A stretch of 64,000 nt of DNA from Psilocybe cubensis (lineage: Eukaryota). This document shows, piece after piece, positions 46,601 through 59,469 of this stretch. The first letter of the stretch is position 1; every line of letters begins with the position of its first letter. Under the pieces are notes generated by a model that saw only the letters and a program-made list of their open reading frames with translations, was not told the DNA's origin and ran no database searches. The stretch covers positions 620,001 to 684,000 of the forward strand of contig CM039002.1 in assembly GCA_017499595.2 (NCBI GenBank). Reading direction: 5' to 3'. The position numbers were made by a program, and so were the translations under genes.

Positions 46601-48745
46601 CGAGGAGGATCGGCAACAGTAGCGCAATAACCGATGGGCAATGGGCAATGGAACGAGACCAGGGGGAGCAGATGTGTGAAAACAGACGGAACAAATGATG
46701 TAAACAGGAAGAAAGGATAAACAAAGCAAAGAGAGCAAGGAAGCAAGTTGAGCAAAAATGATAAAAAAATAGGGAATGAAGATAAAGATAAAGGAATGCA
46801 AGAACAATGCAATCAGAGGGATTGGGAGAAGGAAACAGATCATGCCGCAGTGATGAATGAATGAATCATTGAAAGGGACAGTGGAGAAAGACCAGATAGA
46901 AAAAATAGACGGAAAAACCATTGCAAAAAATAAAAAACAGGAAAGGAAAGAAATAAAGGAAAGAAAATGACAAAGCAAAGCAAAGCAGAGATAAGGTTTT
47001 AGGAAGTAGCCAGGCAGTCGATCATACAGTATGTTGAGCCATATGATTGCGACGACGATTCATGTAGTACAATGTCAATGTCGTCGTCAGTCATTGTTGT
47101 TGTTGTGGTTGTTCCAAAACATCGGCAATAGTAGCCCAACAATGAAAGGAAAGTTGTAAAAATCCAAAGAAGAGAAAAAAAGGCAGAACAGGCATCGAGA
47201 AAAATAAAAGAAAAAAGGGTAAAGCACAGAGAGAGAAAGGGAACCAGCAAACAGACAATCAATCATACCGTAGATTGTGTGGATGCCCGTAAGTCGTCGT
47301 CGTTATGGTTGATGATAATGATGGTGTTGACAAGGTCAATGTACCGCATAACATATACCATTCAGGGTGTCGATGCCGTCAATAATCATCGTTGTTGTGG
47401 TTGATGATGATCCAAGTACAGGGGTAGATGCCCGAGAACATCGGTGGCATTAGTGCAACAACGATTGGATAAGTGAAAAGGACCAGGGGAAACGAATGCA
47501 CGGTGTGATAGAGGCGATAACAGAACGACAAGGAGCACAAAACAGACGGAGCGAGCCGTTGTAAAAAAGATTAAAAAAAGGGGACATAGGAAAGGTAGAG
47601 ATTGATTAGCAAGATAACCCAACAAATCACAGGCGATAAGCCAGGGAAAAAAACTGACCTTGGGTGAGCGTTGCGAGAGTTTGCTGGAAAGGAACATTGG
47701 CATGCCCATCGCCTCCACCACTAATGGGTGTTGCAGGAACAATGTGAAATCTCGGTCCGCCGCCTCCGGCACCTTCAGCATTCCCATTATTCCCCTCCAT
47801 ATCGTCGTCTCCCGGGGCGTTTATCTTGGGCACAGCTGTAAGCATGCTGCTATCTTGCTGCTGCTGCTGTAAGATACTTGGTGCCTCGTATTCGTCCGGC
47901 ATGAGAAGCCTGGGTGGGCTCTGCGGCTTCTGTGAGGGTAACGGAGAGTGCATCCGCAGATTGTTCGGTGACGGTGAGGTGTTTGGGTTCGCAAAACCAC
48001 CCAAGCTGGCCGCAGGCAACGGTTGCGTGCCCCAGTTTGGTGTGTGCACCGACATATTCCCAAACGAATGTGCTACATCGAGGCGGGGCGACGGGTGGGG
48101 CTGAGGGTTCTGCTGTTGGTAGGGTTGCGGGGACGGTGAGGGGCGGGGCGACTGGCTGTTCCCGTGCAGCGATGCGACTGAAGACGCGCGCGAATGTCGA
48201 CCATCTCCCCCAGCCCCACCGCTACTATTGTTCGTTGCAGCATTGCTGTATGGATGTCCGATATCGTGCGGATCGCCGCTGCTGCTCGCTGGTGAGCTGT
48301 GGTCAAAAGGCGACCCATGGGTTCGGTGTTGTTGTTGTTGCTGCTGCTGTTGCTCTTGCTCTTGCAGTTTGTGCTGCTGTTGGTCTGCAGGTGGTGAAAA
48401 GTGTGGCGACATGTAATCGGCATCCTGCGTGAACATGAGCAAAGATGAGGCCTGGTTGGTCGACCCAGAAGGGGCGTCATAGTCGGATGGTTCGTAATCG
48501 TTCATGGCGTGGAGTTCCGACAAGATATCGTAGTTTATATCCTCTCCCGAGAACGAGAGCTCAGAATGCTGCGAAAACGGAGAGTTGTAGTAAGAACCGT
48601 TGTAACTGGGAGTGTGGGTGTTGTTCGGGTCGGCGAGGTTGAAAGATGGGTTGTCAAAGTCTAGATCTGCAGGCTCACGACGCGGTGAAGGTGGAACTAG
48701 TTTAAAGTCGCCTATATAGGGCGAACCATCAGTTGTAGCGTCCAT
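43666..48745 (-). CDS. CRZ1: Crz1-like C2H2 zinc-finger transcription factor (exons 48745-47659 and 46229-43666)
   Basis: Three C2H2 fingers (FACTVPGCNSTFTRGFNLKGHLRSH, YKCHWPGCGKGFARQHDCKRHEQLH, FECDGCRKQFARMDALNRHL), a PxIxIT-like PRFHIVPATP motif and Ser/Gln-rich regions. The phase-1 donor GTCAGT (47658) and acceptor TTCAG (46230) join the two ORFs. Confidence 0.8.
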
Positions 48746-51700
48746 GGCGTTGCTGTGTCTGCAAAATGGTCCAAAAGTAAAGAGGGAACGAGGCGATGAG
48801 CGCTCGCACGGCGGAGTCTCAATTTCTTCTCAATCAGCGCTTATCTAATCATCTGGCGCTTGTCGCTATTAATAAAACATGCCAACATCAACTTGAAGTG
48901 CTGTGCACCAGGAAACCCACAAACATAGCCTTTACCCCTTCATCACCCCTTCTGAGTCCTAACTTAATCCTTGTACAAACAAAGCATGTCGATTTATCCC
49001 CATGTTGTCCAGGACTCTACCAGCCCATTGCTGAACATCGTGAATGAACCCTCTTTGTTTTTCATTTCCGACCAGGTAAGTCTACGGGTCTCCGGAGCAC
49101 CTGTCGAGCCTATATTCCTCCATTTGCTCCGAGATCCTCTTCGCAAACCCAAATTTTCCCTCGCCCGCCGCAATGTCCGCAAGTGCACCCCACATTCATC
49201 AATTAACGACGGATCACGGAGTGGTAGTCTCCCAAAGCCAATGGGAATCCTCTGGCGTCTCGTTGCACACAAATCAAGAAACGATCTGCTCTACGATTCG
49301 TCCATTCATCCAACCGAGCAGTCAGTCAGTCGTCAATTCACCGAGACAGAACACCACAATGCACCACAAACCCACACTCGCTGTGTTATGACATTGTCAA
49401 CGCATGCACACCCACGCAGGGCAGAATTAGAGATGCTGCTCAGAGTAAGTGCAGCCTATGTATAGTATACTCATACCAGAAACACCCGCTCGCTCTGTGA
49501 GTCGAATTTACTTTTACAGAATTAACCCTGCGCATCGCTTAACCTCCTTTCCGAAAAGATCATCATCGTCGTCGCCATATTTATCGTCATCACATTCACC
49601 CAAACACTTCGATCATGATCATAAGGCTATGCCTCGATTCCCACCACCCAACGGTCTGAGTCGGTGTTACTCGGCACAAACGGACAGAACGTTGGTTCAA
49701 AAATAGCACAACACGAAACGCCTAACAAAGCGTAACAAGAGCAAGAATAATATGACGTCTGTGAAGTAAGTAAGCAGGGGCAGTACAGTGTCTAAGGATA
49801 ACTGGAAATGCGTGTATATTATAACCCAGCAAGCAGAAATGCATAGCTTGGATTTGTTATTTATTCCTGAGACTGGGCCGGCGCAGTAATTCACGATAAG
49901 AGTGCCAGATATCTATACTGACATCCAACCGCAAATCCAGACCACACCCAAACAAACAATTCGACCGGCATCGAGCATCCCAACTTGTAATTATTTAGTC
50001 TTCATATTTAAATACTGTATGCACACATGCCAGTCAGTTGGTTTAGAGACACCAAACTCTGTACATCAGGTAACGATAGGATTGGATGAGAGGAACAATC
50101 AATTCAAGTCAGCGATCTAAAGAATAGGCCCAATTCAATAAATTTACTTTACGTACGGTGTGTATGGAAGTATGGACATTGGTCAGTGACAATGCAAACT
50201 AAGTAGAAAATGGCAATTTTGATAGGTTCAACCCAGGATCAATCTGCGAGACGTATTTCGCGCTTTTGCAACATTGATACACGTTTGCAGGTTCGGGCTT
50301 AGTAAATTAATTAGGCCAAGGGCCAAGGCGAACAGCAGGTGTAAAAAAAGAATGACCTGAGAATGTCAAGGGCGCGGCGTGAGGCCAATACAACGCCGTC
50401 AGGCTTTGAAAATGGTTGCTGTCCTCCAACCAACAAAAAGCAGCTGCATGGTGATGGTCCAATTATTGTGGAATATCGACAATGTTTGCGGTGACCTGCT
50501 AATGTAGTTCATTTTCCAATTAATGCGGAATATTAAAAACGATTGCGGTGATCTATTACCTTAGTTCTCTGCCGCTGTATCCGAGTCGTGTTCCCGTACT
50601 TTGGATGGAAAAGTACGCTCAGTGATATATTTGTTCTTAGAGATAAGAGATAACACCACTACCTCATGCCTCTGACGGGTGCCCAAAATTCCAGTTAAAA
50701 CATGCTTCTAGTCAAGGTGATTAGAATACGTAGTTAGGAGAATATCATTGAGCTCTGAGCGACTACCCACAAGTCAAGGTTTTTTTTGTGTCAACTTTGG
50801 TTTCTATCAGAAAAGATGAATGACAAGTCTCTACGACTGCAACGCAGTTGGCTTCCATATATTCGTATCTGGCTAAGCAATAATCTAGCCTTAACCAAAC
50901 GGACGTGTTTCTTTTGGTTGACATGGTGAATCTTTAAAATAACTCGCAGCGCAGAAAAGTATTCAACATCGATACTAAGAAGACCTATCACCCTCATCTC
51001 ATGCGAGATATGTTATGAGATTAGTGAGTCACCAGTCTTGTCATGGAGGATAGTTACTGTAACCACTTCTCAATCTTGTTGTTTCCAAAATCTTCCAAGC
51101 ATTAGGCACCGTACTCATGTCTTTCAATGGCAAAATGGACATCAAGAAGTACGCCAGTCTCCAGCGGGGACTGCTCAAGGTATTGCGGTTTCCCAGTGAC
51201 GGGCCGGGGTTCGTGTAGTAACTCATGCTAGCCATTTAGAAGTTACAACAATACTATGGGCACATTGAATTACCCATACTTCATTCAGCCGCTCAGTAAG
51301 TACGGCAACGAGGAGAAAATGTGTATGCTGTCAATCAATGCTGGCGCTTTGTATCCCTGGAGCTGAGGCTAGAGACCAGTGACGACGCTGTTTTGTTTAC
51401 TTTCTCTGAATCGAATGGAATTAAATTATCCGACCATAAATTTCCCAGAGATGCGACGTACATGTTGTATGTACGATTGGATAGTTGTGAACGTCAAAAG
51501 ATACAACGGATTATCCATCAGACGTGGTCCGTAACGAGATAGGCATCTTCAACCAACTTGAAATTGATAATTCAATGTACAACAAGTCTTTCAGTCGTGT
51601 AGATCAGAATTTACGTATTGAAATTCTGTTTTGAAAGGGAAATGAAAGGAGATCAAAACTTAAAGTAGGATGACAAAGAAATACTTGAGGTTTGGCCTAT

Positions 51701-52359
51701 AGTTAATGTCCGATTGCAGGTAAAGTTTGATAACAATATATAATATTCAATGCTTTCCAAGCGTCTGGCCGAATAATGGCGGGACATCGGGAATTGTAGA
51801 TTGTACTTTACTTCAACCACAACTTAGTAAACTATTCTCAGGTACCAACATCCGTCTTGAATGTTGAAGTTACTACTATTGGAGTAGATTGACGCATATC
51901 CCTGGCCGAAATGGATCTAGGACCGTGAGAGGCGCGCGTTTACCCCGACGTCGGGCACGGATTCGTATCGTGGTCTGTCTACGAGAGACTAGGCACGGAT
52001 GCAGTTGATCTATTTATAGGTTGATCCGTTGATGGATTTGCTCCCCGAGATGTCAGTGAGCGAGTCATTCACCTTGTCATCGTTTCTCTTGGTTTCCTTC
52101 GCTATGAGTGGTGTGAGATTTAATCCTGTCGTCTCATCTAAAGGCATTCAATACAATCTGAGAATTATTTATTATATAGCCATTCAGTACTCGAACAGTA
52201 TCATTCCCCTAAGTTAAGTACCTATGTTTCATTCGAACTTATGGCAAGCGAATAAAGGTTTGAAAACAAATGAAATTTGTACAAGAAGTGTAAAAGTTCA
52301 ATGCTTCAAGAACACATGCTCCTTGTTTTTCCAATAGAGACCTATAACAAATGATGGTG

Positions 52360-53647
52360 TTAGTCACAGGTAAGGTCGAAGATCGTTTTAAAAGCTTCTG
52401 CCGATTCAAGTGCAGCCAACTTTGGCAGAAACAGCTTTCGCAATGTATCGCAGGGCACGACAAAACTGATTTTGGGATCAATTTTCACATGAATCCTGAG
52501 TGTGAAGCGTCGCAGCGTTGATGTCCAGCCGGATTTAAGAAGAATGCGTTCTAATAGATGCCAGTCGCTCTCAGGAACGTTGTACTTGCAAACTACAACG
52601 AGCTCGAGGTCTTTTATGTTGTGCCCGTTTTTAACTTTGGACAAAAGGTCAAGCTGTTCGCGGAGAGGTATCCACGTTTGGTCTTCTCCCTCATCCTGGA
52701 GAACAATCTTCAGAGATGTTAAGGTTTCAATGGAAGGCATAACACATTTCGATATAAAATGTATATCGTCGGGCTCTAAATATATTCCAGAGAAAAAATA
52801 GGTTACTTTTTTGATTGAAAAAATGAACAAATTTCTCACTTTCAAGATACAAACAGACGGAGTTCAAGTTCTTGGCATGTCGAAACATCTCCAATGCAAT
52901 TGCTGAGCGCTTCTCAGTAAATCTGAACTTTAGTGTTTTCAAATATTCAAAGTCGAGTATCATCGAAGGGCGTGATATGGTGGTCTTGAGCATGCCATCA
53001 GCGTCGTGGAGACTGTCGCAATCGACATTGATCTCCTTTACCCGTACATGCCCATACAAATCCAACATCTGTGGATTGCCCTCGAGATCCGGGCAGCCAA
53101 AGTAAACCAAGGAAAGAGTTTCTAAAGCAGTGCGCGGAAGCAGATGGAACACGTTAAAATTGGTGACGTTGTTTAAAACCAGATTTGCGAGTGTTGGTGA
53201 CTGGATGAGGTCAACGAACATAGATCGAGTGGACGATTCCAACAATCTCCAATTAACCCTCCATTTCAGGCGATCAAATGCAGTTAACTCTTTAGAGCAA
53301 AGGGTGAGAGTTTTGAGGTTCGAGAGTTTCATGAATGCAGATCGTTGCTCCGGGGAAATTTCATACTTCTTATTTATAGTTGTAAAGCATAACTCCCGCA
53401 CGTAATTGGCGATATGAGGATGGTTGTTGATAAGCACTACAAAGCAATCTAGGTGCTTAGTATCCCAAACCCCCAGATCAAGAGAAATTGAGCCGAAAAG
53501 ATATTTGCGACAGTGATGAAGAAACATGGTGTTGACCAATGAAATCAACTTTAGGTTACAAATAGAGCTTGGTGTCGTAGGGCACGCAATGATGTCAACG
53601 ATATCTGCAATGACATCGTACGGAAGGATTCTGGGAAGAGAAGACAT
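52360..53647 (-). CDS. F-box-like/LRR-like hypothetical protein (2 exons)
   Basis: N-terminal LPYDVIADIVDII..LKLISLV..CRKYLF pattern and PHIANYVREL, followed by LxxLxL repeats. One GT-AG intron (~52778-52839) joins ORFs 52727-53710 and 52360-52845. Confidence 0.7.
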
Positions 53648-54779
53648 AAGGCGTGAAGGCTGAACGAGTAATAGAGGTTGCTTGGAAATGTAGACGAGTG
53701 ACAACAGCACAACAAAAAGCCTGGAAAAAAGGTGCTGGAACCAGAGAGCGTCTTTTAAGCCTGAAAAGATGCCACTGCAATGGCCCCCATGACGATTCCA
53801 TTAAGTGACGGCCCAACTTGAGGTAAATGCAAAATTGTGGCCCATTACATCTTTCCAAGCAACAACAGTAGGGTCCAAGCCCTAATAACATAGCCAATGG
53901 GTTGTACTGACACAACGACGATGAAATGGGTTGCCCGTGGGCCACTGTTTCTAACGAGATTGGAAGGAACTTCCACAGGAGGCCCAAGAAAATTTTGAGT
54001 TCGTGAAGTTGAACCATCACATGATAAAAAAGTTGCGACACGTGTTGCCTCCACCTCTCATCTGCTGCGCGTTGATCCGTTGGCAGTGTTTATGGATGGG
54101 GTCAAGGTGGTTCAACTTGCAAAATGATGTTACGAGACACAACGTATAACTAATTGCTGTTTTTCTAGGTCAAATTATTGGTAAACTAAGATTCCAAAGT
54201 CCACGCACTCGCTGGACAGTGGACACTATAACTGCAACCTCATTTCTACATAAAGCCCCTATCATCAGGGCAGGCCCTAATGCCACCACCGGACCGAGAA
54301 ACTATAGTTTGACTGATTCGCGTCTTTCTTTTCTGAACAACGATGGGATCCGACTCCTAAGGTTAGACACCGCTACTATTTTCAGTTATGGGAAAACATG
54401 TGGCGCGACTCCCAGTTTACCATTATTGACAACCTCGCAGAATCGAAGGTACCGCATTCATTTCACTTCCTGCAACGTATTCCAACTTGAAGCCTAGGAG
54501 ATCCGCCAGTCTTCACCTGGAGCGGGTACTATGAGAATGTTCTAGCGGTGATGGATACACTTTGTACTTCTTCTGACGCAAGATGCGTGCAGCATTGCTA
54601 TTCAACCTGCCACGCCTCAGCGCCACGCCATTACTGCACATCCCTCTTGTCAGGTTTCAACTCGGCTTCTTTCTTATCTTTTCCCAAAGCCTTCTACTGC
54701 TACTAAAGCCTCGTCACCACTATAGATCCTGACCCTTTGGTCATCTTTTAGGTGGCGATTTTATCTAAAGGTATCTACG

Positions 54780-57052
54780 ATGCTCATCATGCTGCTCGTT
54801 ACATCTACTATGGCTTGGATGATTTCCAAGCTGCTTCTTATTGGAAAACGACGCAAAAACTTACCACCCGGACCTCCAACATTTCCTATAGTCGGCAACA
54901 TGCACCAAATCCCGCTGAAATTTCCATTCCTTGAGTGAGTCATTGGCTTGTTTTGCTCAATCTGATAAGCGCTAAGTTGCACACATACGACGTATACTAC
55001 TGCTAATTAGATTTAGCAAGTTGGCCAATCAATATGGAGGGATCTTCTCTGTATGTGTCTTTTCTTTCTGTGAAGGGCCTGAGAGTAAATTACCGGAACA
55101 GTTGAAAGCATTGAATGAAACAATAATCGTTCTTTCGGATGCGACAATTGTGAAGGAGCTTCTAGAGGACAGAGCGAGTGAAACGTCGAACCGCCCTTTT
55201 CTACACGCAATGCATGCTGTCACTGAAGGAAATTTTTTCCCATTTGCACCTGCTGGCAAGTGTAGTCTCTTTATATTGACATTAGAAACTAATGTACGCT
55301 AACCACACTGGTATAATGCTTACATACAGATAGTCACCTTTGGAAAGCTGGACGCAACGCCATAAAATCTCTGGTGTCTCCGCAGGCCGTACATGCTCAT
55401 CTCCCAATTGCTGAGGCCGAAACTACACAGTTCTTGTACAATGTTTTACATAGTCCGGAGGTGACGGCCCTGTGCATTGTTTGTTTATGCAAGCCTCTCT
55501 CATCCACTCTGTTTTTCAGGATCTTTGCTCTCATATTCATCGTTTGGCGTTCTCGCTGACGACCACTGTGGTTTATGGAAAATCAGCGCCTACAAATGAT
55601 ACGCCAGAATTGACATTATTCACCCAATACTTTCGTCATTTCTCAAAGATCGTATTACCTGGAGCCACTCCAGTCGACCTCATACCCATTCTGAAATATC
55701 TCCCTGAATTTTGCGCACCGTGGAAAAAGCTCTGGAGGAAGACCCGCAGCCAACAAAGAGCTTTATATTTCTCCTTGCTTGAACATGCAGAAAAGAGGTT
55801 AGAAAGTGATCAAATAGATGGAAGCATCATCCAAGGTGTCCTAGAGCATCAAATAGATCTTGAACTGAGTCGGGAAATGATAGGGTGAGCAGCGCAAACC
55901 GTGCATCTGTGGTACATTAACCATGCGTTTTTACTCATTGAGTTTAGTTATATAGGTGGAGTAATGGTAGACGCCGCAACTGATACAACCTCGGCGTTCA
56001 TTCATTCTTTGATTCTATGCCTCATAAAATACCCTTCATGTTTGAAAAAGGCACAAGCTGAGATTGATTCGGTTATTAGCAGCAGCAGACTCCCAGAATT
56101 GGAGGATATTAATAACCTGCCATACATTCAAGCTGTTATTCGCGAAGTTCATTTAATTCTTATATCTTAGTGATGATCACTCAAGTCATGACCATAGGTA
56201 CATCGTCTGAGGCCCGTAGGGCCCCTTGGCATTCCACACGCTGCAATAAAGGATTTAGAAGTGAGTCAATGTTTTTTGGCCTATTATATAGCCATGAATG
56301 GCACATGCTTTTAGTATCGAGGCTACATCATCCCGAAGGGCGTTCCCATTTTGATAAACATTTGTAATTGCCATTCATGGTAAATCACACAATTTTGTCG
56401 CTCATTATTTTCGCATTGTGTTAGGGGGCGTCATGCATGATCCAAGTATGCATCTCTATAATAAAATAATGTGTATATTAATCAATCAACGTTTTGTAGA
56501 ACTTTTCGAACGTCCAGATGACTTCTGGCCAGAACGGTACCTTTTCACAACTGATGGAACAAAGCCCGGCCTCGAAAAAGGTTACACCATTCGCCAGAGC
56601 TTCGTGTTCGGAGGCGGAAAGGTATTTATTTTCTCAAATATACATATTATTTTGAGCGATAGGCTAAATTAGCTGATCTTAGCGTTTATGTCCTGGAATG
56701 CACCTTGCTACTACGAATACGGTACGATCACATGCATTCGACTCTAAGATTACGTTCAATCATACATAAAATTTGACTGTAGAATCTCATTACCATGAGG
56801 CTCATTTGGGCGTTTGACCTCACTCCGACAGATGGTTCGAATGCATCGGGAACTAAGTGGAACCTGGAGGATGAGTACAACGATGTAAGTACTAGCTTCA
56901 ATTTATGCATGCTGATTGAATTACTGAGAAACTGGATGCAATATTAGGGAATATCCTTTATGCCTAAGCCTTTCAAGTGCAAGGTCAACCCACGAGGGAA
57001 GGAAAGGGTGAAAGTGATAGAGGATTTATTCAACGGCTTGCGCCTGCTATAA
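54780..57052 (+). CDS. cytochrome P450 (P450-A'), inverted near-identical copy of P450-A
   Basis: Same exon structure and motifs as 26048-28321 (DAATDTT, PERY, FVFGGGK/RLCPG); different N-terminal TM (MLIMLLVTSTMAWM); stop TAA 57050-57052. Confidence 0.92.
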
Positions 57053-57570
57053 GTTAAGGGGATTCAAGAATCACAACGGAAATGTCGCTATTGTAACAGC
57101 ACAAAAATTGATAAGACCACAAATCTTCCATAATACAAGAGATGAAATTAGTGTTCCCGTTTTGGTATCATCATACCCCAATATGGACTCGGAGTACCGA
57201 GTGGTAGTCACGCATTACATTTCAAATCTTTCTCTTGTTTGACCTCGGTCCTCCGAGGAAAATGGAGAAATTTTAGCGACCTTGTCCTTTGAATCAAGTT
57301 TGAAATTTGAGTGTTCGCGTATTTCAACGTTCTGGCTGCGCACTCCACGTAAGAATATCAGGCGTCCAAAGTATATTATGTTGATATTAAATGTTAGGTA
57401 TAAGCGAAGAAATTTGTGTGCTCGTATCCGACACTGATTCATCATCTGACGAAAAATAACAACTTGAATGATGCAATAATGACTTAGCACCTCTCTTAAA
57501 GTCCATCGACTCTCTGCCAAGTTTTTACTTTTTACTGCAGGCTTAACAATCTATAACCAAAGATGTATTA
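54808..57570. repeat. right arm of long inverted duplication (pairs with ~25468-28290)
   Basis: Reverse-complement match to the left arm, including introns and the 3' flank. Confidence 0.95.
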
Positions 57571-57626
57571 TGGAAAGCAAGAGTGTTACGCTCGATCTTG
57601 GGAGCGTAACGCTCTTGATTTCCATA
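57569..57626. repeat. short inverted repeat / hairpin (25-bp arms, 8-nt loop)
   Basis: TATGGAAAGCAAGAGTGTTACGCTC-GATCTTGG-GAGCGTAACGCTCTTGATTTCCATA; 23 of 25 positions are complementary. Confidence 0.9.
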
Positions 57627-57723
57627 TGTATTGACCAATCACATTCATCCGCATGTATTGCATGAAAAATACGATTTTGAGAACTTTTTAGTGAGAGGTG
57701 ATCGACTTGTAACTTGAGATACA

Positions 57724-58996
57724 TTAAGCAGTTTCTTGGGGACGAGCGACAAGTTTTAGCCTCGAGACCTGATCGGCCTCCAATCTTTGTAAACCTTCAA
57801 TGGCTCCGGCAAGGCCATTAGGCAAGGCTTCAACTCTGTTAGGCTAGAATTGAGATGTTGTCAGTTGCTACTTCCATTAGAAAACCAAACACAGTTGTTT
57901 AACGTACAGTGATCCAACCGTTTTCCAAAAATCGGTAAACATGATCATGATAGAACAAAGGCATGATCTCTGCATTATGAGGCGTGGAGAGTGCTGCAAA
58001 CGCAAAGTTGATTTGTTTATCTTCCGTTGCTGTGACAGTAGGTTGCAAAACATAGACGACACGGCCTCCGGGAGAAAGGATGTCAAAAGCGATTTGTTGA
58101 GTTGGACCGAAAGAGATTGAGTCGTACACATATTGGATGGGTTTCGAGGTAATTTTGCTAATTTCTTCTCTGAGGGCGTCCGCGGAAAGGTTGCGGTCGA
58201 GTACGTGAGTCGCACCAAAGGTTTTGAGCGAGTCTGAATTTTTCACAGACGCGGTTGTAATAATAGGAGAGAATCCTGACAGTTTAGCGAGCTGGATGGC
58301 TGAGGTTTGCACGTTGTTATTCATCAGATACATAAGTTGTTGCAACAGGAAGGTATACTCACTGAACTGTCCTACTGAACTGGAACCTCCAAGAATGACA
58401 ATGGGGATGCCGGCGTATTTACCAACGGCAGAGTCGGTCAGTGGAGCCTCAATGCCAAAGCCATTCCCTGTTTTACTATAGAGGCCAGAATAGGCAGTGG
58501 TAAGAGCCATTGGCAATGTAGAGGCCTCATCGTAGGTATATTTAGGTGGAATCTATATCACAGAGCACATGAGATGTATGCTTGCAATTTTATTCCGTTT
58601 GTGCGCACCTTAGATGTTGTTGAAGCAGATGATACAACGTACTGCTGAAACGCCCCTCGGGATTTTTTGAATTCCGCCTGACCAAAACTACAGTGTACTG
58701 GTCAGGAAGTGCACTTGAAAATTGATAGGCAAAACCTACACCCTGTCGCCTTTTTTGAACTCTGTCACACCTTCTCCGACTTCCTCGACGTCTCCGGCAA
58801 TGTCGCTCCCTAGAACGGCAGGGTATCCGTCAATCAAAACGTCCCATTTCTGGATTTTCCAGTCGACGGGATTTAGCGCTGCGGACTGCACTTTGATCAA
58901 GATTTCGCCATGGCCAGGTGCTTCGCGAGGGAAGTCGGCGACGATGAATTTCCCAAGTTTCTCGGGAAGCACGAGGGCTTTGTGGGTGATTGTCAT
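57724..58996 (-). CDS. MDR/enoyl-reductase-like oxidoreductase, copy ER5 (closest to ER3)
   Basis: MTITHKALVLPEKLGKFIVADFPREAPG..ALNPVDWKIQKWD, ILGGSSSVGQ, ends RLKLVARPQETA*. Confidence 0.9.
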
Positions 58997-59469
58997 TTTG
59001 AGTGCGTAGCGTAGAAGAATACAGGGGCAAGTTGTGGAGGTGGCTTGATGAATACACATTGTAAGATTGACTGGCCTTTTATACAATTTCTGGTCGGGTT
59101 TAGCATATCGGTTCGATGCTGGGTTGTTATCCGTATACGTATCTGTATAATAGTGATTCGTCATCGAATATGCATGGATATCAACAAAAGAAGATCGTCG
59201 GCAACTGCAAATCCAAAAGAGTCTAATTAGGAAGGTGCTGACCCAAGTTTAGGTTGGGTAAGCTGAAGGTGCGTTCCTCATTGGGCGTTTTTGGAAAATG
59301 CTGACTGATCGTTGGAGCAATCCTTGTGCTTTTTTTAGTTCATCCTCCATTTCACGCGGCGAGTTACCTCAGAATTGAAGAGCCCACAAGCGACTGCGTT
59401 GTTGTCTTCTTGTCGAGATAGTTCACGAGAGTTCACGGGACGAAAATTGATCTCGTTTTCGATTGATTC

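Noticed and set aside
46391-47262. Very hydrophobic ORFs (46391-46978, 46999-47262) resembling membrane proteins
   Set aside because: The Phe/Leu/Ser richness is a by-product of the T/C tracts in the long intron; no ATG-led gene structure is evident.
17170-48745. Treating the ABC transporter and C2H2 factor as dedicated members of a secondary-metabolite cluster
   Set aside because: Both resemble conserved general-function genes (ADP1-like, Crz1-like) and no core biosynthetic enzyme is in the window.
49900-52300. Possible decayed gene fragments in the long intergenic region (ORF 51041-51235; a W..L..IL-like stretch near 51700-51800)
   Set aside because: Too short and interrupted to assign without a search.
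53700-54100. ORF 53595-54041 upstream of the F-box-like gene
   Set aside because: No recognisable motif, non-ATG start and no supporting splice structure.
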